A DNA stretch of 32,000 nucleotides from Thermosulfurimonas dismutans (GCF_001652585.1 NZ_LWLG01000006.1:1-32000); one strand, 5' to 3'. Positions 19,024 to 28,300 are shown, counted from the first letter of the stretch. Numbers and translations: made by a program. Notes: generated by a model from the letters alone, not told the origin.

Positions 19024-19975
19024 GCCAGAACCTTTAAGTTTTAAAGATCTCAAAAGCTATTCCCTTTATGAACGCAAAAGCAAGGTTTCTCTAGAAAAAC
19101 TGGGCCACCCCTTTCAGCGCGGGGCCCGTTTCAGGGAGTTTCTGGAGAGTCTTCCGCAGGAGCTAGCCGCTCGCGATCTTCTCGAGATCGCCCAGGCCGT
19201 AGTCGAGGCGCGAAAGGCGAAAAGACCTTTCATCTTCGCCTTCGGGGCCCATGTCATCAAGGTGGGCGTGAGCCCCTTCATCCTATCCCTTATGGAAAAG
19301 GGCATTATCTCGGCGCTTTCCACCAACGGGGCGGCCATGGTTCACGACGCCGAACTGGCTATGGCCGGTATTACTTCCGAAGACGTGGCCGAAGCCCTGA
19401 AAGACGGAAGTTTCGGGGCTGCACGGGAGACCGGCGAACTCCTAAACGAAGCCGCCCGCCTCGGGGCCGAAGGCCCGGGTCTGGGCAGAGCCCTAGGTAA
19501 ACTCATCGCCGAGTCCGATTTTCCCTATAAACACCTTAGCCTCTTTGGAAGGGCCTACGAGCTGGACCTTCCGATCACGGTGCATGTGGCCCTAGGAACG
19601 GATATCGTCCACATTCATCCCTCGGCCGACGGGGCGGCCATCGGACGGGCCTCCTATATAGATTTTCAGATTTTTTCCCGCCTAGTCTCCGAACTTGAGG
19701 GCGGGGTGTTTCTCCTCGCAGGCTCCACGGTCATCCTGCCGGAGGTCTTTCTCAAGGCCCTGAGCGCCGTGCGAAACCTCGGTTTCAAGGTAGAAAAGTT
19801 CGTAACCGCCAATTTTGATTTTATCCGCCATTATCGTCCTCTTACCAACGTGGTCCATCGCCCTACCCTTTCCGGCGGAAAGGGTTATAGTATTACTGGA
19901 CACCACGAGATTTTGATACCGCTCCTTTATGGAGCCTTAATCGAGTTGTGGGAGGAAGAAGATGCCCATCTATGA
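19013..19975 (+). CDS. Conserved hypothetical; possibly deoxyhypusine-synthase-like fold
   Basis: TTG start 6 nt after AGGAGG. FIFAFGAHVIKVGVSPFILSLMEKGIISALSTNGAAMVHDAELAMAG resembles the DHS-family core from memory. The assignment is uncertain. Confidence 0.35.
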   Translation: MGNRPEPLSFKDLKSYSLYERKSKVSLEKLGHPFQRGARFREFLESLPQELAARDLLEIAQAVVEARKAKRPFIFAFGAHVIKVGVSPFILSLMEKGIISALSTNGAAMVHDAELAMAGITSEDVAEALKDGSFGAARETGELLNEAARLGAEGPGLGRALGKLIAESDFPYKHLSLFGRAYELDLPITVHVALGTDIVHIHPSADGAAIGRASYIDFQIFSRLVSELEGGVFLLAGSTVILPEVFLKALSAVRNLGFKVEKFVTANFDFIRHYRPLTNVVHRPTLSGGKGYSITGHHEILIPLLYGALIELWEEEDAHL

Positions 19976-20183
19976 ATTCGAATGTGAGGCCTGCGGGGAA
20001 GTATTCGAGGAACTAGTTTTCGGAGGGAAAATCGAGGGTATCAAGTGTAAAAAGTGTCAGTCCGAAAAGGTCAAAAAACTCATGTCGGCCTGCGGGTTCA
20101 AGAGTGAAGGGAAGTTTGTGAGCACGGCTTCCGGCGGAGCCTGTAGCGGCTGTGCCGGAGGATCCTGTAGTACTTGCCACTGA
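19962..20183 (+). CDS. FmdB-family zinc-ribbon protein
   Basis: MPIYEFECEACGEVFEELV...KCKKCQSEKVKKLMS (CxxC...CxxC), with a Gly/Cys-rich tail. Confidence 0.8.
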   Translation: MPIYEFECEACGEVFEELVFGGKIEGIKCKKCQSEKVKKLMSACGFKSEGKFVSTASGGACSGCAGGSCSTCH

Positions 20184-21103
20184 TGAAAAAACTACTACGT
20201 GTAGGCACCCGAGGAAGCAAGCTAGCCCTAGCCCAGACCAACTGGGTAGTTAATCAGATTAGGACCCGTTATCCAGAGGTCCAGATCGAAAAAGTCATTA
20301 TCAAGACCAAAGGGGACAAGATCCTGGACGTGCCACTGGCCAAGATCGGGGGCAAAGGGCTTTTCGTTAAGGAGATCGAGGAGGCCCTCCTCCGGAAGGA
20401 GATAGACTTTGCAGTCCACAGCATGAAAGATGTGCCCTCGGAGTTGCCGGAGGGACTAGGTATCGTGGCCATCCCGGAAAGAGAAGATCCCCGAGACGTA
20501 TTTGTGGGACGAGAGTTAAAGAGTTTTTCCGAACTCCCTGAGGGAGCCAAGGTAGGTACCAGCAGTCTTAGACGCCAGGCCCAGCTCAAACGACTAAGAC
20601 CAGATCTTGAGATCCTCCCCCTTCGGGGAAACGTGGATACCCGGCTGCGTAAACTCTCGGAAGGTCAGTACGAGGCCATCATTCTAGCCGAAGCCGGCCT
20701 TAAACGTCTTGGTCTTGACGTAGAAAGGGAACCCTTGTCTCCCGAAATTATGCTTCCAGCGGTGGGGCAAGGAGTACTGGCCATTGAGGCCAGAGAAGAA
20801 GATGTAGAGACCAGGGAAATCCTTGCTAGCCTTCACCATCCAAAAACGGCCCTTTGTGCCCAAGCGGAAAGGGCCTTTCTCAAAAGGCTTCAAGGTGGTT
20901 GCCAAGTACCACTGGCGGCCCATGCAACCTTAACAGATGGTCTTCTTGTGATCGAGGGTTTCATTGCCGATACCGAAGGCCGCAGGTTTTATCGGGAGAG
21001 ACTGGAGGGTTCTCCGGAAGAAGGCGAAGCCTTGGGTATAAAACTTGCCGAGATTCTCCTTGAAAGGGGTGGTCAAGAAATCTTGGCGGAGCTTCTCGCA
21101 TGA
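20183..21103 (+). CDS. hemC: Hydroxymethylbilane synthase (porphobilinogen deaminase)
   Basis: MKKLLRVGTRGSKLALAQTNWV...GDK...GGKGLFVKEIE...AVHSMKDVP. I prefer ATG 20183 (TGATG junction with the upstream stop) over the TTG at 20174. Confidence 0.93.
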   Translation: MKKLLRVGTRGSKLALAQTNWVVNQIRTRYPEVQIEKVIIKTKGDKILDVPLAKIGGKGLFVKEIEEALLRKEIDFAVHSMKDVPSELPEGLGIVAIPEREDPRDVFVGRELKSFSELPEGAKVGTSSLRRQAQLKRLRPDLEILPLRGNVDTRLRKLSEGQYEAIILAEAGLKRLGLDVEREPLSPEIMLPAVGQGVLAIEAREEDVETREILASLHHPKTALCAQAERAFLKRLQGGCQVPLAAHATLTDGLLVIEGFIADTEGRRFYRERLEGSPEEGEALGIKLAEILLERGGQEILAELLA

Positions 21104-22620
21104 AAAAGGGCAAAGTCTATCTGGTAGGCGCAGGCCCGGGAGATCCAGGGCTCATCACTCTCAAGGGTATCAAGGCCTTGAACAAAGCCGAGGTGGTGGT
21201 CTACGACTATTTGGCCAACCCCAAGTTACTCTCGCACGTTCCGCCGGAGGCTGAAAGGATCTATGTAGGCAAGAAGGGAGGCTGTCATACCCTATCCCAG
21301 GAGGGCATAAACCGGCTTCTGGTAAAGAAGGCCCTAGAGGGCAAGACCGTAGTGCGGCTCAAGGGAGGAGATCCCTTCATCTTCGGTCGAGGGGGGGAGG
21401 AAATCGAGGCTCTATTGGCCGAAGACATTCCTTTTGAAGTCATCCCGGGAATCACCTCGGCCTTTGCCGTTCCGGCCTACGCCGGCATTCCAGTAACCCA
21501 CCGGGAATACACCTCCACCTTGGCCCTCATTACCGGACATGAGGCCGAAGGTAAAGAGGATTCGGCCATCGACTGGGAGGCCCTCGCCCGCATCGGAACC
21601 CTCATCTTCCTCATGGGCATGAAAAACCTGCCCCGTATCTGTGAAAACCTCCTCCAGAACGGCAGATCCCAGGATACTCCGGTGACGGTCATCCAGTGGG
21701 GGACCACTCCCAGGCAGCGGGTGGCGGAGGGAACCCTCTCAAATATCGTGGAGCGGGTTAATGAAGCCGGGCTTTCGGCTCCGGCCATCATCCTGGTGGG
21801 CGAGGTGGCCCGTCTGCGTGAAAAATTCAGGTGGTTTGAGACTAAGCCGCTTTTCGGGAAAAAGGTCGTGGTGACCCGCACTCGGGAGCAGGCCAGTCAA
21901 CTGGTGGAGGCCTTAGAGGAGGCCGGGGCGGAATGCATCGAGATCCCGACCATCAAAATTGTGCCTCCTGAAAGTTTCGAGCCTCTGGATCAGGCCATCC
22001 AAGAGATCGAGACCTTTGACTGGGTGATCTTCACTTCCCAGAATGCTGTTAAATATTTTGGGGAGAGACTCTGGGCTCTCGGAAGGGACGCGCGCAGTCT
22101 ATACCGGACAAAGCTGGCCGTCATAGGAACGGCCACCGCGGCCTCGCTTGCGGAAATGGGTCTCAAAGCGGATCTCATTCCGTCGGAATTCAGGGCCGAG
22201 GGACTCATCGCGGCCTTTGAAAAGATGGAGATTGCCGGCAAGAAGATCCTCCTTCCTCGAGCTGAGGAGGCCAGGGAGATCCTGCCGAAAAAGCTCAGGG
22301 ACTTCGGAGCCGAGGTCAGTGTGGTTCCGGCCTACCGTACGGTCCTTCCCGAAGAGTCCCGGGAGGCTCTACTTTCGGCCCTGAAAGAGGGCGTGGACCT
22401 CATCACCTTCACCAGTTCCTCGACCGCCAAGAACCTCTTCAAACTCCTTGAGGGACACGAATCCCTGCTCGAAGGGGTAGTTCTGGCCTCTATAGGCCCC
22501 ATCACCAGTGAGACCCTTAGAAAACTAGGCCATCCACCGCAGATTGAGGCACGGGAATATACCATTCCGGGGCTGGTCTCCGCCATATTGGATTATTTTT
22601 CTGAGAGTGTTCGAAAATAG
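21100..22620 (+). CDS. cobA-hemD: Bifunctional uroporphyrinogen-III C-methyltransferase / uroporphyrinogen-III synthase
   Basis: N-terminal half KVYLVGAGPGDPGLITLKG...VVRLKGGDPFIFGRGGEE (SUMT). C-terminal ~250 aa is HemD-like (KKVVVTR...WVIFTSQNAVKYF...ITFTSSSTAKN). The last 6 codons (ESVRK plus stop, 22603..22620) are supplied by the inserted IS. Confidence 0.9.
   Translation: MKKGKVYLVGAGPGDPGLITLKGIKALNKAEVVVYDYLANPKLLSHVPPEAERIYVGKKGGCHTLSQEGINRLLVKKALEGKTVVRLKGGDPFIFGRGGEEIEALLAEDIPFEVIPGITSAFAVPAYAGIPVTHREYTSTLALITGHEAEGKEDSAIDWEALARIGTLIFLMGMKNLPRICENLLQNGRSQDTPVTVIQWGTTPRQRVAEGTLSNIVERVNEAGLSAPAIILVGEVARLREKFRWFETKPLFGKKVVVTRTREQASQLVEALEEAGAECIEIPTIKIVPPESFEPLDQAIQEIETFDWVIFTSQNAVKYFGERLWALGRDARSLYRTKLAVIGTATAASLAEMGLKADLIPSEFRAEGLIAAFEKMEIAGKKILLPRAEEAREILPKKLRDFGAEVSVVPAYRTVLPEESREALLSALKEGVDLITFTSSSTAKNLFKLLEGHESLLEGVVLASIGPITSETLRKLGHPPQIEAREYTIPGLVSAILDYFSESVRK
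22592..22602. repeat. Target-site duplication, left copy (ATTATTTTTCT)
   Basis: This 11-mer is identical to the one at 23553..23563. It directly abuts the left inverted repeat of the IS. Confidence 0.8.
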
Positions 22621-23528
22621 TTTTTAAGGAGCAACGAGATATAGAGGAGGGTAGCCAGGAGGTACATATTATAGAGCACAAAAGCGGCCAGTCCTCTCTT
22701 CTGGGCTATTTCTTCCTTTCTTACCCTAAAATGCGAGCCTATTTTCAGTTTTACCGTACCAAACAAACTTTCAATCAGATATCTATTTCGGCCCCATTTC
22801 TCCCAGAAAATTCTGGAATCTTTCCGCAGAGGATGTTTTACCTTCTGCCTGAAGGTTTCTTTTACTTTTATGGCCGGTTTTAATCCAAGCTCTACAAGTT
22901 TTTCCATGACCTTGAGACTATCATAGCATTTATCTGCTATAAGACATTCGGCTTTAAAAGTGACCGGATCAATCTCTGTCAGAGCTTCCAGGAGAAGTTT
23001 TACCTCGCTGGCATAGGGACCTCCGGTTTCAGCGGTAATGACGATTCTTTTTCCGGATGAAGTTACTCCGATTATGGGGACCACTCTTATATGGGCTTTT
23101 ACTTTTCTGATTTCTGAGCCTCTTAAGAATTTTAAAGGATAGAGGTCATGATAACTAAAACCGGTGCCATCAGAGATAAAGAAAAAGAGGTGATGTTCTT
23201 TTGCTAGAAGTTTTCGGGCCAATTCTTGGAGAAGGATTTTCAGGGATTGTTTAGGGAATTTTGAGACTCGGTAGTGGTAGGTAGAAAGGGCGGGTCTTCG
23301 TCCCAATATATCGAAGGCCTCTTCTAGGGCTTCTCGGTAGGATAGATTTTTTAGGGTTTGGTAGAGGAAGATAGAGATAATGAAGGCATCGGAATAAGTT
23401 TTTGGGCGACCTCGAAAGGCCAGAGGCTTTTCATTTATTATAGCTCGGGTTATTTTGAAGATGGTCTTGAGACGCAGTTTGCTTCTTCTCATGTTGGGGG
23501 AGTTAATTCTAGGCTCCCCCAACGTCAA
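22593..23528 (-). CDS. DDE transposase (IS4/IS5 superfamily)
   Basis: Candidate DDE residues lie in FFISDGTGF, LIADKCYDS and NRYLIESLFGTVKLK (YREK-like tail). The ORF-track start at 23528 is a TTG; ATG 23492 (MRRSKLRLK...) is more likely. The stop codon falls in the flanking duplication. Confidence 0.8.
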   Translation of the reverse strand: MTLGEPRINSPNMRRSKLRLKTIFKITRAIINEKPLAFRGRPKTYSDAFIISIFLYQTLKNLSYREALEEAFDILGRRPALSTYHYRVSKFPKQSLKILLQELARKLLAKEHHLFFFISDGTGFSYHDLYPLKFLRGSEIRKVKAHIRVVPIIGVTSSGKRIVITAETGGPYASEVKLLLEALTEIDPVTFKAECLIADKCYDSLKVMEKLVELGLKPAIKVKETFRQKVKHPLRKDSRIFWEKWGRNRYLIESLFGTVKLKIGSHFRVRKEEIAQKRGLAAFVLYNMYLLATLLYISLLLKNYFRTLSEK

Positions 23529-23552
23529 TATCTAGTTTTTTCGAACACCCTC
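22603..23552 (-). mobile_element. Intact-looking 950-bp IS element (IS4/IS5-superfamily DDE transposase)
   Basis: The terminal inverted repeats are GAGAGTGTTCGAAAA (22603..22617) and the reverse complement of 23538..23552, GAGGGTGTTCGAAAA (14/15 match). The element has a single transposase ORF and is flanked by the 11-bp direct repeat. Confidence 0.85.
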
Positions 23553-23563
23553 ATTATTTTTCT
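23553..23563. repeat. Target-site duplication, right copy (ATTATTTTTCT)
   Basis: Identical to 22592..22602. It directly abuts the right inverted repeat. Confidence 0.8.
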
Positions 23564-23600
23564 TGACAGTCCTTGAGAGGGTGTTATCTTAGACCCTGGT

Positions 23601-23676
23601 GGGCCGCTAGCTCAACTGGTAGAGCAATGGACTCTTAATCCATAGGTTGGAGGTTCGAGTCCTCCGCGGCCCACCA
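23601..23676 (+). tRNA. tRNA-Lys (anticodon CTT)
   Basis: Acceptor stem GGGCCGC/GCGGCCC, anticodon arm ATGGA CTCTTAA TCCAT, T-arm GGAGG TTCGAGT CCTCC, discriminator A plus CCA. Confidence 0.9.
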
Positions 23677-24192
23677 GCAATTCCTTGCCTCTCTAGGGCT
23701 CAAATTTGTCCCAGAATCGATTTTTTTACCCATTTCTTGGCGATTTCGGGATCTTCTTGGGCGGCTAGCTTGATCTTTATCGTTTTCGTTTCTTGTCAAT
23801 ACCGGAATCCCTAAAACCCTAGCCGAAGCCGCAATAAAAATGTCGCTCCACCTGCGGCGAAACTCCCCTCCGGTTTTCTTTTTTACCCTGAAAGCCAGGT
23901 CCGCCGCCGTCTCGCAAATTTCTTCCGTGGAATGAATTACTTCGACTTCCGCCAAAAAGCTCATCAAATCATTTTTAAGAGCTTGTTTTTCTTCTGCCGA
24001 AAGAGATTCTTCCTCTTCTATCAATTTGACCCATAGAAGAAGCTCGGTAAGAGTGGCAAACGAAATAAAGATGCGAAATTTGTCGGGGAAGTCTTTGGGT
24101 AGGAAATAGGTTTCTCCTCGGAGGTAATTGTTAACGACATTTGTGTCGGCTACAACTTCGATCAACTTCCCCAAAGAGTTTCCTTCTGCCAT
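23635..24192 (-). CDS. PIN-domain (VapC-like) ribonuclease; 3' end anomalous
   Basis: A strong SD (ACGGAGGAA) lies 10 nt before ATG 24192. The PIN acidic residues appear in VVADTNV, TLTELL, WSDIFIAASA and LTRNENDKD. After ~aa 140 the ORF becomes an Arg-rich low-complexity tail that reads 42 nt into tRNA-Lys (see findings). Confidence 0.7.
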   Translation of the reverse strand: MAEGNSLGKLIEVVADTNVVNNYLRGETYFLPKDFPDKFRIFISFATLTELLLWVKLIEEEESLSAEEKQALKNDLMSFLAEVEVIHSTEEICETAADLAFRVKKKTGGEFRRRWSDIFIAASARVLGIPVLTRNENDKDQASRPRRSRNRQEMGKKIDSGTNLSPREARNCWWAAEDSNLQPMD

Positions 24193-25004
24193 TCTGTTAT
24201 TTCCTCCGTACTTCTAGCAGAGGCCACCTCTTGGAAAATGCCCTCAAACCTTCTGAGCTCCTGCGGACGCTTCCTTGCTCTCTCTAGATCTTCTCTGCTT
24301 GTGATACCGTAAGGCTCAATAGCCTTGAGCTTGAAAGAAAGGATACGAAATGTGGTGGGATCTACCAGAGCTGTTCCATAGGCCCGCACTGTTTTCCTAA
24401 GATACCGGCAGACTTCTTCTTCTAGCCCCAGAGGATAACTGACCGAGATTTCTTCCCCCAGCAGGGTTTTAAGGGTAAAAGTACGTCTGTTCGGATGAGT
24501 GTCGATTTTCTTGATCGTCCCCAAAAGGACTTTGTCTTCCTCAAACGGTTCTTTTCTTGCTTTTTCTACCGCTTGAAAGAAAGTTTTAGCAGAAACCGTG
24601 GTTTTTCTGTTCCCAAGCATATCCACAGCCTCAATCGCTTCCCAGTCTTTATTGAAAAGGCCCTGCATTTTGGCTATACGCAAAATTTTACGGGCATAAG
24701 TTTTCTGATTTCCGTTGTTCATGGCTACGAAAACTCCGTAAACCTCTCCCCAAAACCACTTTTCCAGTTCTTCTGTAAACAGTTCTGATTGATCTTCATT
24801 ACTGAAGAGAAGACCCGTTGACCCCTCTTCAATTCCCACAAAAACAGGACGGAATTTTCTAAAAAACGCTTTGTAAGTTGACGGGGCCTCTTCTTTAAGC
24901 AGAGAAAAAAGCCCCTTCAGGGCTTGGGCTACCGTAGAAAGGTGCTCTAGAGGGATAGCTCCCCGCAGCCGACCTTTAAGGATGAGCTTAAATTTAGGTT
25001 CCAT
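24162..25004 (-). CDS. Hypothetical 280-aa protein, upstream partner of the PIN gene
   Basis: The ORF overlaps the PIN start by 31 nt. I recognise no family or motif. The composition is protein-like throughout. No SD precedes ATG 25004. Confidence 0.6.
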   Translation of the reverse strand: MEPKFKLILKGRLRGAIPLEHLSTVAQALKGLFSLLKEEAPSTYKAFFRKFRPVFVGIEEGSTGLLFSNEDQSELFTEELEKWFWGEVYGVFVAMNNGNQKTYARKILRIAKMQGLFNKDWEAIEAVDMLGNRKTTVSAKTFFQAVEKARKEPFEEDKVLLGTIKKIDTHPNRRTFTLKTLLGEEISVSYPLGLEEEVCRYLRKTVRAYGTALVDPTTFRILSFKLKAIEPYGITSREDLERARKRPQELRRFEGIFQEVASARSTEEITEWQKETLWGS

Positions 25005-25019
25005 GAATCTAATTCAAAC

Positions 25020-25213
25020 ATCCTTTCCCAAAATGTTATCCTCTTCGTGTCGAAACTGCAAGTTAAGAAATGAAAAGTTTTCGAAAAAATTCCCCAATCC
25101 TTGGCCCGGTTGAAGGCATAGCGCACGGTGGCCAAGGCTATTTCGATGCTTCGAGGGCTCCTTTCCACATCCTGCATGGCCTTCTTGAACTTTTCCAGAA
25201 GGAAAGGGGGCAC
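25020..25213 (-). pseudogene. Tyrosine recombinase (integrase) N-terminal SAM-like fragment
   Basis: FLLEKFKKAMQDVERSPRSIEIALATVRYAFNRAKDWGIF resembles the core-binding/SAM-like helix pair of phage integrases. It is preceded by an in-frame stop. There is no catalytic domain downstream. Confidence 0.35.
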
Positions 25214-25267
25214 TACAGGTCTCTAGAAGATTCATTTTTTTGGAATCTGGTGTCCTGTCATACCCAA

Positions 25268-25290
25268 ATTGCCTGCGCTCTGCAGGCAAT
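25268..25290 (-). terminator. Hairpin 14 nt downstream of the hsdR stop (weak terminator candidate)
   Basis: ATTGCCTGC-gctct-GCAGGCAAT forms a perfect 9-bp stem with a 5-nt loop. On the minus strand only TTT follows the stem, so it is weak as an intrinsic terminator. Confidence 0.35.
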
Positions 25291-25303
25291 CGGCAGGCAA
25301 TGA

Positions 25304-28300
25304 TTAAGGGTTCATTTTTACCCATTCTTCAGATAAAACTTCGGCCTGCTTAAGTACCGTCTGCGTGGCTTCTTCCTGTTTGTCCGGGGGGTAGCCGTAT
25401 TTACGAAGGGTCCGTTTCACCAACACTCTCAAATAGGCCCTTACGTTTTCGCGCTGGGCCCAGTCCACGGTGACATTCTCTCGTACCAGGCGCACCAGCT
25501 CCTGGGCGATCTGGCGCAAAGTTTTATCTCCCAAGACTTCCACCGCGCTCTCGTTGGCCGCTAGGGCATCGTAAAAGGCCACCTCTTCCTCGCTTAAACC
25601 CAATTCTTCCCCTCTCCGGTCGGCCTCACGCATCTCGCGGGCAAGCGCAATCAGCTCTTCAATGACCTGGGCGGCTTCAATGGCGCGGTTCTGATAGCGA
25701 CGAACAGCGCGCTCAAGCATCTCGGAAAAACGCCGGGCCTGAACCACGTTTTTGCGCCGCCGGGTGCGGATTTCTCCCTGCAAAAGTTTGCGCAAAAGTT
25801 CCACCGCTAGATTCTTTTGAGGCATATCCCGCACTTCCGCCAGGAATTCCTCCGAAAGGATGGAAATGTCCGGCTTTTTAAGGCCTGCGGCGGCAAAAAT
25901 ATCCACTACTCCCTCAGGGGCCACGGCCCGATCCACCAACTGGCGGAGGGCGTGATCCAATTCTTCTTCGGGACGGGCGTCAGAAGGTGAACGTTTCACC
26001 AGGGCGGAGCGTACGGCCTGAAAAAAGGCCACGTCGTCACGGATGCGTAGGGCCTCTTCATGAGGAACGGCCAGGGCAAAGGCCTTAGAAAGTTCAAGCA
26101 CCGCCTTGACAAAACGTTCTTTTCCATCCGGCTGGGCCAAAATATGTTCCTGTGCAGCGGGAAGGAGGGCCAGACGTTCTTCAGGAGCTCCGGTTTTCCA
26201 GGCCGACCAGTCAAAGCCGTGGAAAAGGTCACAACAAATTTCGTATTTCTCCTGCATGACCGCCACCGCTTCTTCCTGATCAAGGGCCGTGCGGCCTCTA
26301 CCTCCGCTTTCGGTATAAACCGCAAGCGCTTGTTTTAATTCGCGGGCCAGGCCAATATAGTCCACCACCAGCCCTCCGGGTTTGTCCCGGAAGACGCGGT
26401 TCACCCGGGCGATGGCCTGCATGAGCCCGTGGCCGCGCATGGGTTTGTCAATGTACATAGTATGAAGGCTCGGACAATCGAAGCCCGTAAGCCACATGTC
26501 GCGCACGATTACCAGTCTCAAAGGATCGTTTGGGTCACGAAAACGCCGGGCCAGGAACTCCCGTCTTTCTTTGTTGCGGATGTGGGGCTGCCATTCCGGA
26601 GGATCCGAAGCCGAACCGGTCATTATCACTTTAATTACGCCTTTATCGTCATCCTCATGGTGCCATTCAGGACGCAGGCGAATAATCTGGTGGTAAAGAT
26701 CAACGCATATGCGACGACTCATGCAAACGATCATGCCCTTGCCATCGAGGGCTTCCAGACGACGCTCAAAATGCTTCACTATATCTTCGGCGATCATGCG
26801 GAGGCGTGGTTCCGCCCCCACAACGGCTTCAAGTTGGGCCCATTTGGTTTTGAGTTTCTCTTTGCGCTCGACCTCTTCTCTCTCAGTAACTTCCTCAAAT
26901 TCTTCGTCGATTTTGGGCTTTAGCTCCTCGGGTAGCGCAAGCTTTGCCAGCCGGCTTTCGTAGTAGATGGGCACCGTCGCGCCATCTTCTACGGCTCGCT
27001 GGATATCGTAAATGGAGATGTAGTCGCCAAAGACAGCTCGCGTGTTGCGATCCTCAAGCTCAATCGGTGTTCCCGTGAAAGCAATAAAAGAGGCGTTGGG
27101 TAAGGCATCCCGAATATGGCGGGCAAAACCGTCAATGAAATCGTACTGACTGCGATGAGCTTCGTCGGCCATGACCACAATGTTGCGTCGGAGAGAAAGT
27201 AGTGGATGACGGTCGCCTTTCTCGTCAGGAAAGAACTTTTGAATGGTAGTGAAGATGATACCTCCGGCTTCTCGTGAAAGAAGCTCGCGCAGGTGGGCCC
27301 GACTTTTGGCCTGAATAGGCTCCTGGCATAGAAGTTCTTGGCAGCGAGAAAAAACTCCAAATAGTTGATCATCGAGATCGTTTCGGTCGGTGAGTACCAC
27401 CACCGTAGGATTTTGCATGGCCGGTTCACGAATGATGCGCCCAGCATAGAAGACCATGGTCAAGCTTTTGCCGGACCCCTGCGTATGCCACACTACCCCG
27501 ATACGCCGGTCGCCGGGCCGCCCACCCTGGCCCCGCACTTCATAACGGCCTATTTCTTCTCTCACGCGCAAGCCTTCGTCTTGGGTTAACGCGGCCGCCC
27601 TCAGAGTCTCCCGCACCGCTACGCGCACGGCATGGAATTGGTGGTATCCAGCCACTTTTTTGGTGAGTCGACCGCCGTCGTCTTCATAAACCATGAAATC
27701 CCGGATCAGTTCCAAAAAACGCCCCGGCTCGAAAACACCCTTAAGAAGCACTTCAAGTTGGGGGACGCCTTCGTCCTCCACCCGCTCGCCCGAGATCGTG
27801 CGCCAGGGTTTGAACCATTCCCGCCCGGCGGTCAAGGTACCCATTCTGGCTTCCAGCCCGTCCGAAATGACTAAAAGTTCATTGAAGGTAAAGAGAGTAG
27901 AAAGCTCCACTTTGTAAGTCTGGAGTTGCTGATAAGCAGTCCAGATGGTGGCTTCTTCGTCCGCCGGATTTTTCAATTCGATGATGACTAGCGGAAGCCC
28001 ATTTACAAAAAGCACTATGTCCGGCCGGCGGGTATGGCGGCCTTCGGTAACGGTAAATTGGTTGACGGCCAGGAAGTCGTTATTTTCGGGATCGTCAAAG
28101 TCTATTACGCGCGCCTGGGCACCGGCTATGGAGCCATCCTCCCGGCGATATTCCACCGTGACACCGTCCACGAGCATTCGGTGGAAGGCCCGGTTACGAG
28201 CCTCTAAGGTGGCGCCGGGAGGGTTTACGAGCTTTCGGAAAGCCTCATCTAGGGCCTCGACAGGAAGTTCCGGGTTTAGCCGGGCCAGAGCATCCTTCAG

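Noticed and set aside
23575-23585. GAGAGGGTGTT, containing a 9-nt exact match to the IS terminal repeat, 23 bp beyond the right IS end and just before tRNA-Lys
   Set aside because: It is too short to distinguish chance, target-site preference or a solo IR remnant. No second element end or duplication is associated with it.
25014-25325. 103-aa (-) and 77-aa (+) ORFs between hsdR and the 280-aa gene
   Set aside because: The sequences are not protein-like, and one overlaps the hsdR stop. Only the third frame (25020..25213) has integrase-like sequence, and it is reported as a fragment.
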